64,000 nt of DNA from a virus. A model generated the notes under the pieces. It saw only the letters and a list, made by a program, of their open reading frames with translations, made no database searches and had not been told where the DNA came from. Shown piece after piece: positions 22,501 to 31,200 of this stretch (its first letter is position 1; the number at the start of each line of letters is the position of its first letter). A program made the position numbers and the translations under genes. The stretch covers positions 9,848 to 73,847 of IMG/VR virus record IMGVR_UViG_3300025083_000016; one strand, 5' to 3'.

Positions 22501-23999
22501 TAGATACAAAACATGTATATCATCCTTTTGTAAACCCAGCAGAAAGATCAAATCTAGATTCAGATTATGCAAGCAATAGTAATAAAGCATATCCTGTAAC
22601 TGCTTCTTTAGTTAGTTCTAGTGGGCCAGGGACAGAAAATTTACATGATTATAATTTCGGATATTTACCTTATTCAGTAAGCTTTTTAAGGAATATGGAC
22701 AGCAATTCAAATACATTACCTACCTATCTAGATGTTGTTAATAATGCAAATACATTGTTAACAGATTCTGCTGATGAGCTTACAAATAAATTAGTTTTAG
22801 ATCGAAGTTATTACATTTCTCTATCCTCTTTTAAAACATCTAGCGAAAGCAAAACACCTGTTTATTTAAATAAAGATAGCAGTCTTTCTAATTTAAATAA
22901 TTCTTACAAACTTTTAAATCATAATAGATTTTTAACTCATGAAAAATATTTTGAAAATAATATCGATGAAGTTTTACTTAGACGACAAAATGGTTTAGAA
23001 GTATTAGATAATAATGAAAATTTATGCTTGAATGAAAAAATTTATAGATCTAAAATTTATAAAAAGTCTGGAAATAGTTTTAAAGAAACATCTTACTACT
23101 TGATTTATAAAATTCACCAAATGAACATTAATAGTAATGAATCTGTGGGTACTGTAGACAATCCTATTAACAGGTATAATATTGTAGAGATACTTTCAAC
23201 AGACTCTAATTATTCTTTGTTTGAATTAGATAGACTTTCAAGTAATCAAACAATGTTAGGTTTTAAAAATACTGATATAATAAGAATATATGAAGATAGC
23301 TTACTTGAAAACAAAAGATATCTAGGCGAAAAAGATGATATACCTTACTTTGAAATAGATCTTTCATCGAAAACTGCTTCTTTTACTAATGCACCAAATG
23401 GTATTGTACAAATATTATATTCACATACATCAATAGATAGTAATACTATTGATATCACTAATGATATTAACAGTCTAAGCAACGTTTTTAACATTGAAAA
23501 CAAGCATGATGCTTATTTGGATAATACAAAAATTGTTAAAACAGGAAACTTAGGGGCAGCTATTTTTAATATAGATAGTGGCACAGAAGATACACTTTAC
23601 AGAAAATATGAAAGACAAGAAGATGCAGTTCTTAATTTCTTTTATGGCTTTAGTAGATCAAAAGACAATAGATATCCAATAGACAAACTTGACGGGTTTA
23701 AATACGGTGTTGAAAATGGAAACAAGCAAGCATTACAGTATCATTACAGTAATAAAAGCTATGGCCAATTTTCTGATAAGATTTTAGGTTCTACTAATTG
23801 TGCCCTAATAACACAAGAGACTTCTGGCGCACTTAGTACAACATATACAATTAATAAAACTTTTGTTGATGAAAACTTTATAAAAATTGAGTCAAGTGAG
23901 ACACAACATACTTATAATACAGATACACATGAAAGGAGCACGTATCCTTTTATTGAAAACAGTAGTGATGCTTTATCACAATTTTACGTGCAATCTTAA
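16515..23999 (+). CDS. Giant (2494 aa) putative tail/baseplate structural protein
   Basis: Uninterrupted 7.5-kb Asn/Ser-rich ORF. Contains a small beta module (NHGFNTGDYVYF) seen in phage structural proteins. Confidence 0.6.
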   Translation: MSRVNNRKNVFIESVITNAVPTRDVSNNIYKYSLTFNVIATETWYVIYKNSARILSAFKENQIIFSNSIAFYDTGNSNTKTLQSAQLKITSADYSSYNPSKVITITADVIVSPAFIPVDGSNNITFVFGDPPIGTNSNTIIFPKIGANSLKSNNNSGSLTKSLKKTVRDDNSLMGTLPSTKITTGKILQDLNDPFDETNIIEFSSRDNVYASIGLPLKQTNIDNKFYISSVLTDDVPPNLVTDQATISVSNKSFRSAFDLDNSKVFSQPNKIDNLIKYTRKIDPDNLPHIVKQEYFQEEYTPFKEESFHFESDLTTDFYTDSVDSENGYTLSDQKQIKITLDFTDSFDLHLMNTQLSFVLPNASNNKNSFLDDANNLNKIIDLKYFNFLDVNHEDSNSDNHYSTAYSCHSMPTAYWNNSNNRWSYLDAADENYLGSKIPDTMTSVLPNNFIFESVNNELKLKTSDVNLKNYREFKNYFYNRPILTTPSYRREGLFKEKFYKSDYSFFNSEDILEERAWKDIESVNKSAISQISDTYGFPYQAKWQPNDSHLIDMSKYISKDFLLEKVVFKGKFTHKGEFPTRERQVHSGFNSYNALSFPQGSVLDYKISFNGTRYTGPWDEDGTNIVNIPPLNYYDPHAYDNPSINYKEDGENYASNSITFFILNEKKEKSYLKSKSETEEMQHFSFIFTDDLNVGIENISYLVKSRHDLDRLSGDYHEYIDFPSYSFKQSFILNIDNSDDKIRVKNYSFENNRLNSLDSFNEINKNVLAAGLASFNKSRFHFIDQHDSADGVNFIDNLYYKKLEREPVYVNGNIAYYRINYTDINVPENIFGKIKSESVNEFDENRSRELVSFSNLLITRTKNRNYLVYDNKTNSNYQSDNSGIMFDQNVLKTIDEHKILPLLSNNADVNLNVETPQEFVLKSLCKNVDNSNIAYLDESEYSLSSNFFNTGVESILDTDYNAKVKDTIVSIQYSIIPDGLVDATYSVSNANNKLLTFTSVNHGFNTGDYVYFTNDQIGYYGERIGIHEKAYQITRISSSAFTVDLANDPDYNAGIDSGINRSIKHSISAIDTSSASSELDNIFAIDQGTNNVASILGYTLPGGPLVSPQSITKIYINSKENKEDVKRIIPFIQISFSYKNNTSLYEDDYYTNTVPTNNLNISDFITYTDTTSDYNSNYNITNIDINLRFLNTHKDFSIIQSFLAFGKQTESDTSVVYRAPNALNELPNSLTWSQNADSWENLTLEQKSSAFSLLLYYALTSCNLISNGYKNPYYANLADHPLYGFLPDFMLQERLDTEKFFQPNIVISENNKTFNLVKTNHWFDNTEKVVQMQLKVISYKHYFELFNLGGSNETGSGFEHISNTNHDLSGVGFLFGELNSSITSSSFISFRNFTPIEDYGSFYKKSLLKYENKFVIPEGKTNGENSLNLDSNRVINKRRILDKPINKFKSQSGKYFHKGNVYNSTVYSNYLLKPEDNLVFGVTSNCNGQTMPTVFSLHDKLEITLIGRDYVDNNNEYKNNESKSIRKVILGDNYSEKHRAILNETNNSYFDNIWNKKSVVNSLKEFKEGKFVIDKKSSRKYGSYTGTISLFDEKIIKNNKALSVYRKDTVHPSLGKVYQSCLNLKAVKSRDINFNKSLKVIISENFSDIQGSVNVINKWHKTFHLNQFSTFFNQTENISFDDTTFSNIENDDNLKIEICYDTNSYIVAPKEDAIKNIIKNNEGKSYVSSITNAVDSFDRFTKSFKTFCLPSSSLNNYQNGIQIQNEENIFVFRDNTKSFIKHVLSNKNIVQKIDKNEKVKIDNLTSSLQYFDLNNVNNESPRNYATPGETQAVIDEYYRLIVSNNKNSDSIIEYTNNIKQEILSNASSEYSFSPQWHLVLEINTTSFKSLLNVSTLNDDISTYIGNTYHIFMFENLNDANPVEKYTKVIKASSGKITLAIPLYFWETGEIDLDYLNVQNNTKFARQVQKNHLFDSSGNGYENHWYAKLSDGTAIIDTKHVYHPFVNPAERSNLDSDYASNSNKAYPVTASLVSSSGPGTENLHDYNFGYLPYSVSFLRNMDSNSNTLPTYLDVVNNANTLLTDSADELTNKLVLDRSYYISLSSFKTSSESKTPVYLNKDSSLSNLNNSYKLLNHNRFLTHEKYFENNIDEVLLRRQNGLEVLDNNENLCLNEKIYRSKIYKKSGNSFKETSYYLIYKIHQMNINSNESVGTVDNPINRYNIVEILSTDSNYSLFELDRLSSNQTMLGFKNTDIIRIYEDSLLENKRYLGEKDDIPYFEIDLSSKTASFTNAPNGIVQILYSHTSIDSNTIDITNDINSLSNVFNIENKHDAYLDNTKIVKTGNLGAAIFNIDSGTEDTLYRKYERQEDAVLNFFYGFSRSKDNRYPIDKLDGFKYGVENGNKQALQYHYSNKSYGQFSDKILGSTNCALITQETSGALSTTYTINKTFVDENFIKIESSETQHTYNTDTHERSTYPFIENSSDALSQFYVQS

Positions 24000-24019
24000 A
24001 CATAATTCGAGAGTTATAA

Positions 24020-25144
24020 ATGTCAGGAATATTAGATAAAAAAAGTAGAATTTTTGATTTTGTCATTACTAAGAACGGAAGAGCGCAGCTTGAAGATAAT
24101 GACATTAGATATAAATACGCGACTTTTAGTGATCGTTCAATAGTATATGCTAAAGACTTTGAAGCTTCAAGTATAAAAAAAGCTGATGTAACAAATTCTG
24201 AAATTCATTATGTTCCTTTAGAAGCTACATCAAGTGGTAATGATGAAATAAATCCTGAATTTGATTTAAGGAAATACTTTTTTGGATCAAAGTTAAATCC
24301 CAGAGAAGGAGAAGGAGTCGCACCTTCAGGATTTAACTTTGATGACTCAGTCAATTCTTACATACAACAAAATTCTTTAGGTAGCTATTTACAAAGTTTA
24401 GGTTATTTAAGAACAAAAAGAGACCTAAATAGTGATAAAACTTTAACGTTTTTTAATAACAATACTATAAATAAAGATATTGACTTGTTTAGTAGCACAA
24501 AAAATTACAATACAGTCAAGTTTGTAGAAACAAGAAAAGAAAGACTTCCTGTTGTTGCTTTAGATAGAAGATTTTCTCACAAAAGAAATTTTAGTTATTT
24601 ACCTCCTAAAGATATATCAGGAAACGAGCTTTATCAAAAAGAAGATTTTAATCATGTTGATCATTTATCTAGTGAAAATATTCTAGGATATGTTTTTCCT
24701 AAGTATAGATCTCAGTCTTTAAATAAGTTAGATATTGAAAGCTCAAGAGAAAAAAACATTCTAAAAATCATTAAGGATCTAGAAAGAAATAAGTCAATTC
24801 ATAAAAAAGAGTTTGAGCTAGAAAATCCTACTGAAAATAGTGATTTTATATTTGAATTATATGAGGTTATTAATTCTTATGATAGTTTAACACCGAGAAA
24901 TATAATAAAGTCAGAACTTGAAAAACTACATTTTGTCAATATAGGGGAATTCTATGATAAAGAAAACTTTAAAACAAAAAAATTATATTTAATAGGTAAA
25001 TTTTACAATACTAGAGAAGACACAAAAGAACTAGATGTTTTGTTTAGTATGAATAACGGACAAATAAACTTAAAAAGCAAAGATGCGTTTGCTTTGTGTG
25101 CTTTCTTTTCTTTTGTTTGCCTATTTACTTTAGTTGTAGAATAA
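24020..25144 (+). CDS. Putative baseplate/fibre-attachment protein (N-terminus paralogous to 34790-35545)
   Basis: MSGILD...IFDFVITKNGRAQL...YATFSD aligns by eye with MGFLN...IIDAVLTERGRELL...TFAFGD. Confidence 0.6.
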   Translation: MSGILDKKSRIFDFVITKNGRAQLEDNDIRYKYATFSDRSIVYAKDFEASSIKKADVTNSEIHYVPLEATSSGNDEINPEFDLRKYFFGSKLNPREGEGVAPSGFNFDDSVNSYIQQNSLGSYLQSLGYLRTKRDLNSDKTLTFFNNNTINKDIDLFSSTKNYNTVKFVETRKERLPVVALDRRFSHKRNFSYLPPKDISGNELYQKEDFNHVDHLSSENILGYVFPKYRSQSLNKLDIESSREKNILKIIKDLERNKSIHKKEFELENPTENSDFIFELYEVINSYDSLTPRNIIKSELEKLHFVNIGEFYDKENFKTKKLYLIGKFYNTREDTKELDVLFSMNNGQINLKSKDAFALCAFFSFVCLFTLVVE

Positions 25145-25164
25145 AAAAATATCAGGGTTAAATT

Positions 25165-28100
25165 ATGTTAGTACTATCAAACACAATTAGAAGAGTTTTT
25201 ACAAAAAGATATAATATTGTACCAGAAAGTTTAGCTTCTGAAAATTATACTGTACAACTTGACGTAGAATTAAATAAGAACAAAAATTTAGAAAATATTG
25301 CAAAATATTTTGAAGTTAATTTTTATTCACAAAAATCTTTAAATGACATAAATGTTTCATCTTTTAAACAAGTTTTCCCAAATAGATATTTAAGCAATTC
25401 AGGTAATTTAAAAAGATATCAAGCAAATAAAGAATTTAATCAAAGTTTTAAAAATGATATTAGAAAAAACATTTTTATAGATTATCATACAAAACTATCA
25501 AATGAAAATGAAGTTATAAAGGATTTGATACCTTTTAATAAACAGAACTTTATTGAAGGCAGCAACGTCTATAGAATCACTTTTAGTAATATAATCTCAA
25601 ATATTATCAAAATTAGAAGCGAACAAGAAATTCCTTTTAATAATGTAAGAGTTTTTATACTAGATGAAAGAAAAAATATTATTGCAAAAACTGATTTTTT
25701 GAGTATTGATCTTTCTATAAGTAATATAACTAAAAAAAGAGCTGCGTTTATAGAACAAAGCGGCGAAAATCTACCTGCATATTTAAGCAGTTTACATTTA
25801 AATAATTTAATACAACAACTCAATAAAGACTTTTTTACTTTATCACGTTTAGGTGATCATATTACTTTAAATAATCCTAACAAATTGTCTTATGACTTTG
25901 AAATAAAGCAAATAATTTTAAAATACTTTACTAGTCAAGATAGAGATAGTGTAGAAAGAGTAACTTATAGATCATATCTGCTTAATCCTTTTAACCTGAA
26001 TTCTTCTAGTTTTGACTTTTACAACAATAGTACAAGATCAAACAAAGAAAATTTAGATGAAATTCAAAATAAAATATGTAAGAATATGATAATCGGACAT
26101 AATATTTTTAGATTTGAAATTGATTTCTATCCTATGGAAAGTTCTCTACCAAAGTTTACTAAAGAAATAGTGTTTTCAAACTTAGACCCGTTTATTATTT
26201 ATTGCTTTAACAATAAGAAAGATGTAATTAGTAGTAAAATTCAAGATGCTTTTTCTAATCGTGATGTTATTATCACACCAAGTGAAGAAAATATAGGTTT
26301 ATTAAACTTAAGATTTAAAAACATCCAACTAGAAAGAGAAATTTTAGAAAAAATAAATATATCTAAAATCTACAAAAACGAAGAATTTTATGAAATTAAA
26401 CATCTATACAATACTGAAAATTTTAATTTAAGCAGTAAAGTAGATTATAAAAGTTTAAATTATCTAAACATTTCAAATAAAAGCCTAAATACTAGATTAA
26501 GTTTTAATGATAAAAATATAGCGTTTATCTTTACATTAAAAAACAATTTAATTGATTTTACTCGAAACTGGACAATAGAAAAAGATATTACACATAAATC
26601 TTTAAACCAGAATCAAGACTTTTTAATTTTAAATTCTTTTTTAAAGCAAAACTTAAACTATGAAAATATAAATTTTAATAGAACACTAGATAGTAACAAC
26701 AGCGCTATATTTTCATATGATAGATTTATACTACGTAACTTAGATAATTTAAGGAACTTAGCATATAACTTAGGTTATTCAGCAGCAGACAATGTTTCAG
26801 GTGACGTTGAAAAATTTTTAAAAAATTGTGTTTTTCATATTGAAAACGAAACTATAATTAATGCAAAAAGCACAAAAAGAAGTACATTTAAAAACGTATA
26901 TGCATTTGGTGCTGAGCTTTTTAATTTTGACAACTTTCAAAATAACTTTATAACTTTTGAAGAGACTTATTTGAATAAAATAAAAACAGAAGATTCTACT
27001 CTTTTTGTTTTTTTTGAAAATATTAGAGTATTTTTTAATACTAATACTGAAGATTTGCTTGATGCATATACAAAATTAAGTTTTATCAGTAATGATATGA
27101 GTATAGAGAACAAAATAACAATTAAAAGTTTATGTTTTCCTGAAATAATGACAAAATTTAAGTACCCAAACACTAATATTATTGGTGACGTAATTAAAAT
27201 AAACGAAAGTGTTATTTTTACTCCAGAAGAGGAACAAGCTTTAAATAACGTAACAACATCTTTCTTGTCATCTAAAACAAGAAATGTAATTAATATTAAG
27301 AACTATAAAAATATTTTATTTAAAGATAATGTTAGAAGAGTGAGACAAGATAATTTATCTGCAAGTGACTTTGCATCTTTCTTTAGTTTGCTTAATCAAA
27401 ACACAGTGTCAGAAAATAACAGTAATTCTTTATATTCAAAGACTTATAACATTAACAAGCAACAAATTCTTGATTTAATTAATATTAATAAAAGTTTCCC
27501 AACAGTAATATTAGATGCTGAAGAAAGATCCTTCAATAATGTTTTTTGTGATTTAAGTATAGATGATTCAGGTTATATAAATTACATAGACTTTCCGATA
27601 AATTATAGCTTCCTACAGACATCATATAATCCAGAAATTGATGGATATAATTTTAGAATGATAAATTTTTTAAATGACATTACTAAAGATATAAAACTAG
27701 ATATTCAAAAATTAAGTCCTTTTATAAGTAGTATTAATAGCATAAGTAATTTTAAAACATCAACTCATTTTCTATTTTCAGATCAGAAAAATAATGTAAG
27801 TAAATCATTTAAAGATAAACTTGAGCAAGACCAGTTACTTTCTTTATATTTAAAACTTGTAAGTTACAAAGGAAAAGAATATATTACATATAGCAATAAC
27901 TTTTTACAAGACGCTAACACTGAAAGCAGTCTAAATTTTCCATCATTAAGAAGTGGTCATGATACATCACATGAATACACTGAAGATGTTGGAACATTAG
28001 AGTTTTTTAATATAAATCAAGATAGACTATTTAATGATTTTGTTAGTAACAGCTATTTTTCAAACTTTATAAATCTTTTAATATTACAAAACAGTTTAAA

Positions 28101-28275
28101 TTATTTGCATAAAGTTATAATAAGAAGTACATTAACAATGAATATTAAATTAAAAAATGATGTAGAAAAATCAGTTGATCTATTTTTCAATAATGAAATC
28201 TTACCAATTAATTTAGTTAATCAATATAGAGTTTTTAACAACAATATAAGTATAATCAATGTAAACAGTATATAA
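25165..28275 (+). CDS. Large hypothetical Asn/Ile/Lys/Phe-rich protein
   Basis: 1036-aa ORF in the structural operon. No motif recognised. Confidence 0.55.
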   Translation: MLVLSNTIRRVFTKRYNIVPESLASENYTVQLDVELNKNKNLENIAKYFEVNFYSQKSLNDINVSSFKQVFPNRYLSNSGNLKRYQANKEFNQSFKNDIRKNIFIDYHTKLSNENEVIKDLIPFNKQNFIEGSNVYRITFSNIISNIIKIRSEQEIPFNNVRVFILDERKNIIAKTDFLSIDLSISNITKKRAAFIEQSGENLPAYLSSLHLNNLIQQLNKDFFTLSRLGDHITLNNPNKLSYDFEIKQIILKYFTSQDRDSVERVTYRSYLLNPFNLNSSSFDFYNNSTRSNKENLDEIQNKICKNMIIGHNIFRFEIDFYPMESSLPKFTKEIVFSNLDPFIIYCFNNKKDVISSKIQDAFSNRDVIITPSEENIGLLNLRFKNIQLEREILEKINISKIYKNEEFYEIKHLYNTENFNLSSKVDYKSLNYLNISNKSLNTRLSFNDKNIAFIFTLKNNLIDFTRNWTIEKDITHKSLNQNQDFLILNSFLKQNLNYENINFNRTLDSNNSAIFSYDRFILRNLDNLRNLAYNLGYSAADNVSGDVEKFLKNCVFHIENETIINAKSTKRSTFKNVYAFGAELFNFDNFQNNFITFEETYLNKIKTEDSTLFVFFENIRVFFNTNTEDLLDAYTKLSFISNDMSIENKITIKSLCFPEIMTKFKYPNTNIIGDVIKINESVIFTPEEEQALNNVTTSFLSSKTRNVINIKNYKNILFKDNVRRVRQDNLSASDFASFFSLLNQNTVSENNSNSLYSKTYNINKQQILDLININKSFPTVILDAEERSFNNVFCDLSIDDSGYINYIDFPINYSFLQTSYNPEIDGYNFRMINFLNDITKDIKLDIQKLSPFISSINSISNFKTSTHFLFSDQKNNVSKSFKDKLEQDQLLSLYLKLVSYKGKEYITYSNNFLQDANTESSLNFPSLRSGHDTSHEYTEDVGTLEFFNINQDRLFNDFVSNSYFSNFINLLILQNSLNYLHKVIIRSTLTMNIKLKNDVEKSVDLFFNNEILPINLVNQYRVFNNNISIINVNSI

Positions 28276-28291
28276 AGTAAGGTTTTAATTA

Positions 28292-31200
28292 ATGGCTTTT
28301 ACAATAAACTTAAATAGACTTACGTCTCAAAAAAATAAATTACAAGAAATATTAAATACAAATACAGTTACTATTTCAAACAATAGAGAAAACTTACTCG
28401 AAAAAAGCCTTGAAAATGAAGGTTCTACACAAAAGTCACTAGCAGAAATATTGTCGGAGCTCTCTTCTTCTTTAAAAGAAAACACTTCAAAGGTAAAAAT
28501 TGAAAGAAGCTTGCCTGTAGCACAAAACAACTCAGCAACATCTGAAATACGTAAAGAGAATATCGTAGATAGCTACAGTTTTAGTGATATTATAAAACCT
28601 TTAGAATCTATCACAGTAAACATAAACCCGCAAGAGACAAAAACGTCAGGATTTAACTTAACTTTAGAAGACGTAACTAGACCTAACGCGTTATTAGACT
28701 TAGATGCAACAAGTAACGCTAACGAAAGTATTGAATCTACAGAATCAGTAGTATCTCCTGTTGCATTTTCTCTAGAAGAAACTATTGATGAAGAAGACGC
28801 TGACTTGTCTGATTATGTTAGAGGGGAGTATAATACTGTTAGCAATAGTAATATAAACTTTCTATACTCAATTGAAAACAACTCTTCTATAAATTTAGAT
28901 AGAGACACACTTCATAATGTAATCAATTATAGGAAAGAAGCAAATTTAAAAGAAAGTGAAATTTTAAGCAATAAATTTAATCTATACGCAAGTTCAGAGA
29001 AAAATAAAAATTCTATTCATAGTGTTTTTATTGATAAGTTTGAAAAATACAAAGATTTTCTAGGTTATTTAACAAACGGAATTGATGAAAAAACTGAAAT
29101 TGTAAAAAGAAATTCAATTACTTTTAATCTAAGAAAAGAGATTTATTCAAATAAAGGAATTTATTTCAATAACGTACTTAATACCTTAAACGTAAAAAAT
29201 AAAAAAAAATATAAAGCAAGTGTTTTTAAAAAAGACAATGATATTACTTCATCAGACTTAATAATAAAAGAAAATGCATTTTTAATAGACGAAATTATTA
29301 TTAAAAATAATCTTTTTTATTTAAGTGAGAGTTTTGACTTTGCTTTTCTAGAGCCTATTAAGACAACATCAAATGATATTTTAATACAATCTTTTGTTAA
29401 TCTTTCTAGGTCAATTAATACAATTTCAAGTAACTGTTTTTCAAACAACTACAAGAATGAAAATAAACTATACATTAACGCTGATATAGAAAAGAACAAG
29501 TGTGTATTAACTGAGAGAGAAGGATTTGATGTTTTTCAAAACTTAGGGTTTAAAAATACAAATCTTGTACCTGAAGATCTTTATGTATTTGCAAGTGTAA
29601 TAAAACCATATCAACCTGAAACTGGTAGTTTTGGGATTAATATTAATACAGTAGACTTTTTTAATAAACAAAATGAACTAAACAATAGTCTTTTTAACGT
29701 TTTAAATTTATCTGGAAATTCTTCACCTTTAGAAGTAAGAATAAACTCGTCTTTAAAAGAAATAAACAAGATTTTTAAAGGTTCTATCTTTGAATTAGAT
29801 ATAATTGATGAAAACAGTAAATTGATTTTAGATGAACCTATTTTAAATTTAGATAATATACTAAACAATCCTTCGGGAGTTGCAAGAAATTTCCCAAATA
29901 ATTTTTCTCTGTCTAATCTTGAAAACATACACAGGCTTTACTTGAACTTTGTAGAATTTCAAAACCAAAATACAAAAGCTAGAGTTTATTATAAAGATAA
30001 ACCGATTAGCTTAATAAATTCAAATAACTTTAATGATTTTGATCATGACGCTAATTTAGACATAAATGATTTACTAATAAAATTAAAATTAGATAGTGTT
30101 GTTAAAAGCAGTAAAAAATCATATCTGGAAAATAACAATGTAAATATTGATTTTTTAAATCAGATTATTACAAATATTAATTTGTCAACAAAAACAAACA
30201 AAATGATTTCATATAGTAAAGATAAAAAGCATGATTTTTCTATATTAAACGAAAATTCAAAACTTTATGATTTAATGTTTACTAAAGATGGAAACACGCA
30301 CTATAGTCATTCTGATGTCATTTCAAATCATAAAGTAAATAAACAAAAATATCGAGGATTAGACGAGTTTAAAAGAAAAAATTTAGTAATTAATAATAAT
30401 AGAAATAAAATAGTCAATGAAGTTAACAATTTTATTTCTTATTACTATCCTGACAGTAATTTTATGAGCACATCATTCTTACTTTACTATATAATGTCAC
30501 CTACAGTTATTCCTAATAAACTTTCTAATTTAGTAGGTAATAAAAGTCCATTAACAAATAAAGATGAAACATGTCAAAGTCTGTATTTTAACTTTTATAA
30601 AAACAATCAAATTGATAGTAAAACAAAAGATACTGTAACTAAAAGATTTTTAAAGAGAGTGCTAATGAACTGTAAAAAACACACAGCTTCATCATTACAT
30701 AATAAACCTCTTAATAATTATTCGTATAAAGAAATAAATCCTAACAAATATACAAAAAGCTTGTTATCTAGTACACAAAAATACCTTAATGATATTCTAA
30801 ACTCATCTGAAAATCTTGCAACAATTAGAGACTCTGTGTATTCTTTGAAAAACATCAAAGAAGTTTCAGATATTTGCAACTATAAAGCTTTTACTAATTG
30901 TAATATACAAGATAACAATTCTATTGATTTAATTTCTGAAGAAGAGAAGAGAAAATATTCTATATCGATTACAGGAAACATTCACTATAGTTTATTTCCT
31001 TCACATGTCCTCGTCTATCCTTTTATAATTACTTCTATTGCAAAAGATCAACTTGGTTTTTACTTTGATAAAATAGAAAAAAATGAAATAAAAATGATAG
31101 AATCAGATGACAACATATCAGAGTTTATTGTCAAAAAAGAAGGAAGTCTAGATATAACTAGTAACACAAATATTATATTTAGAATAGTGCCTAAATCAAT

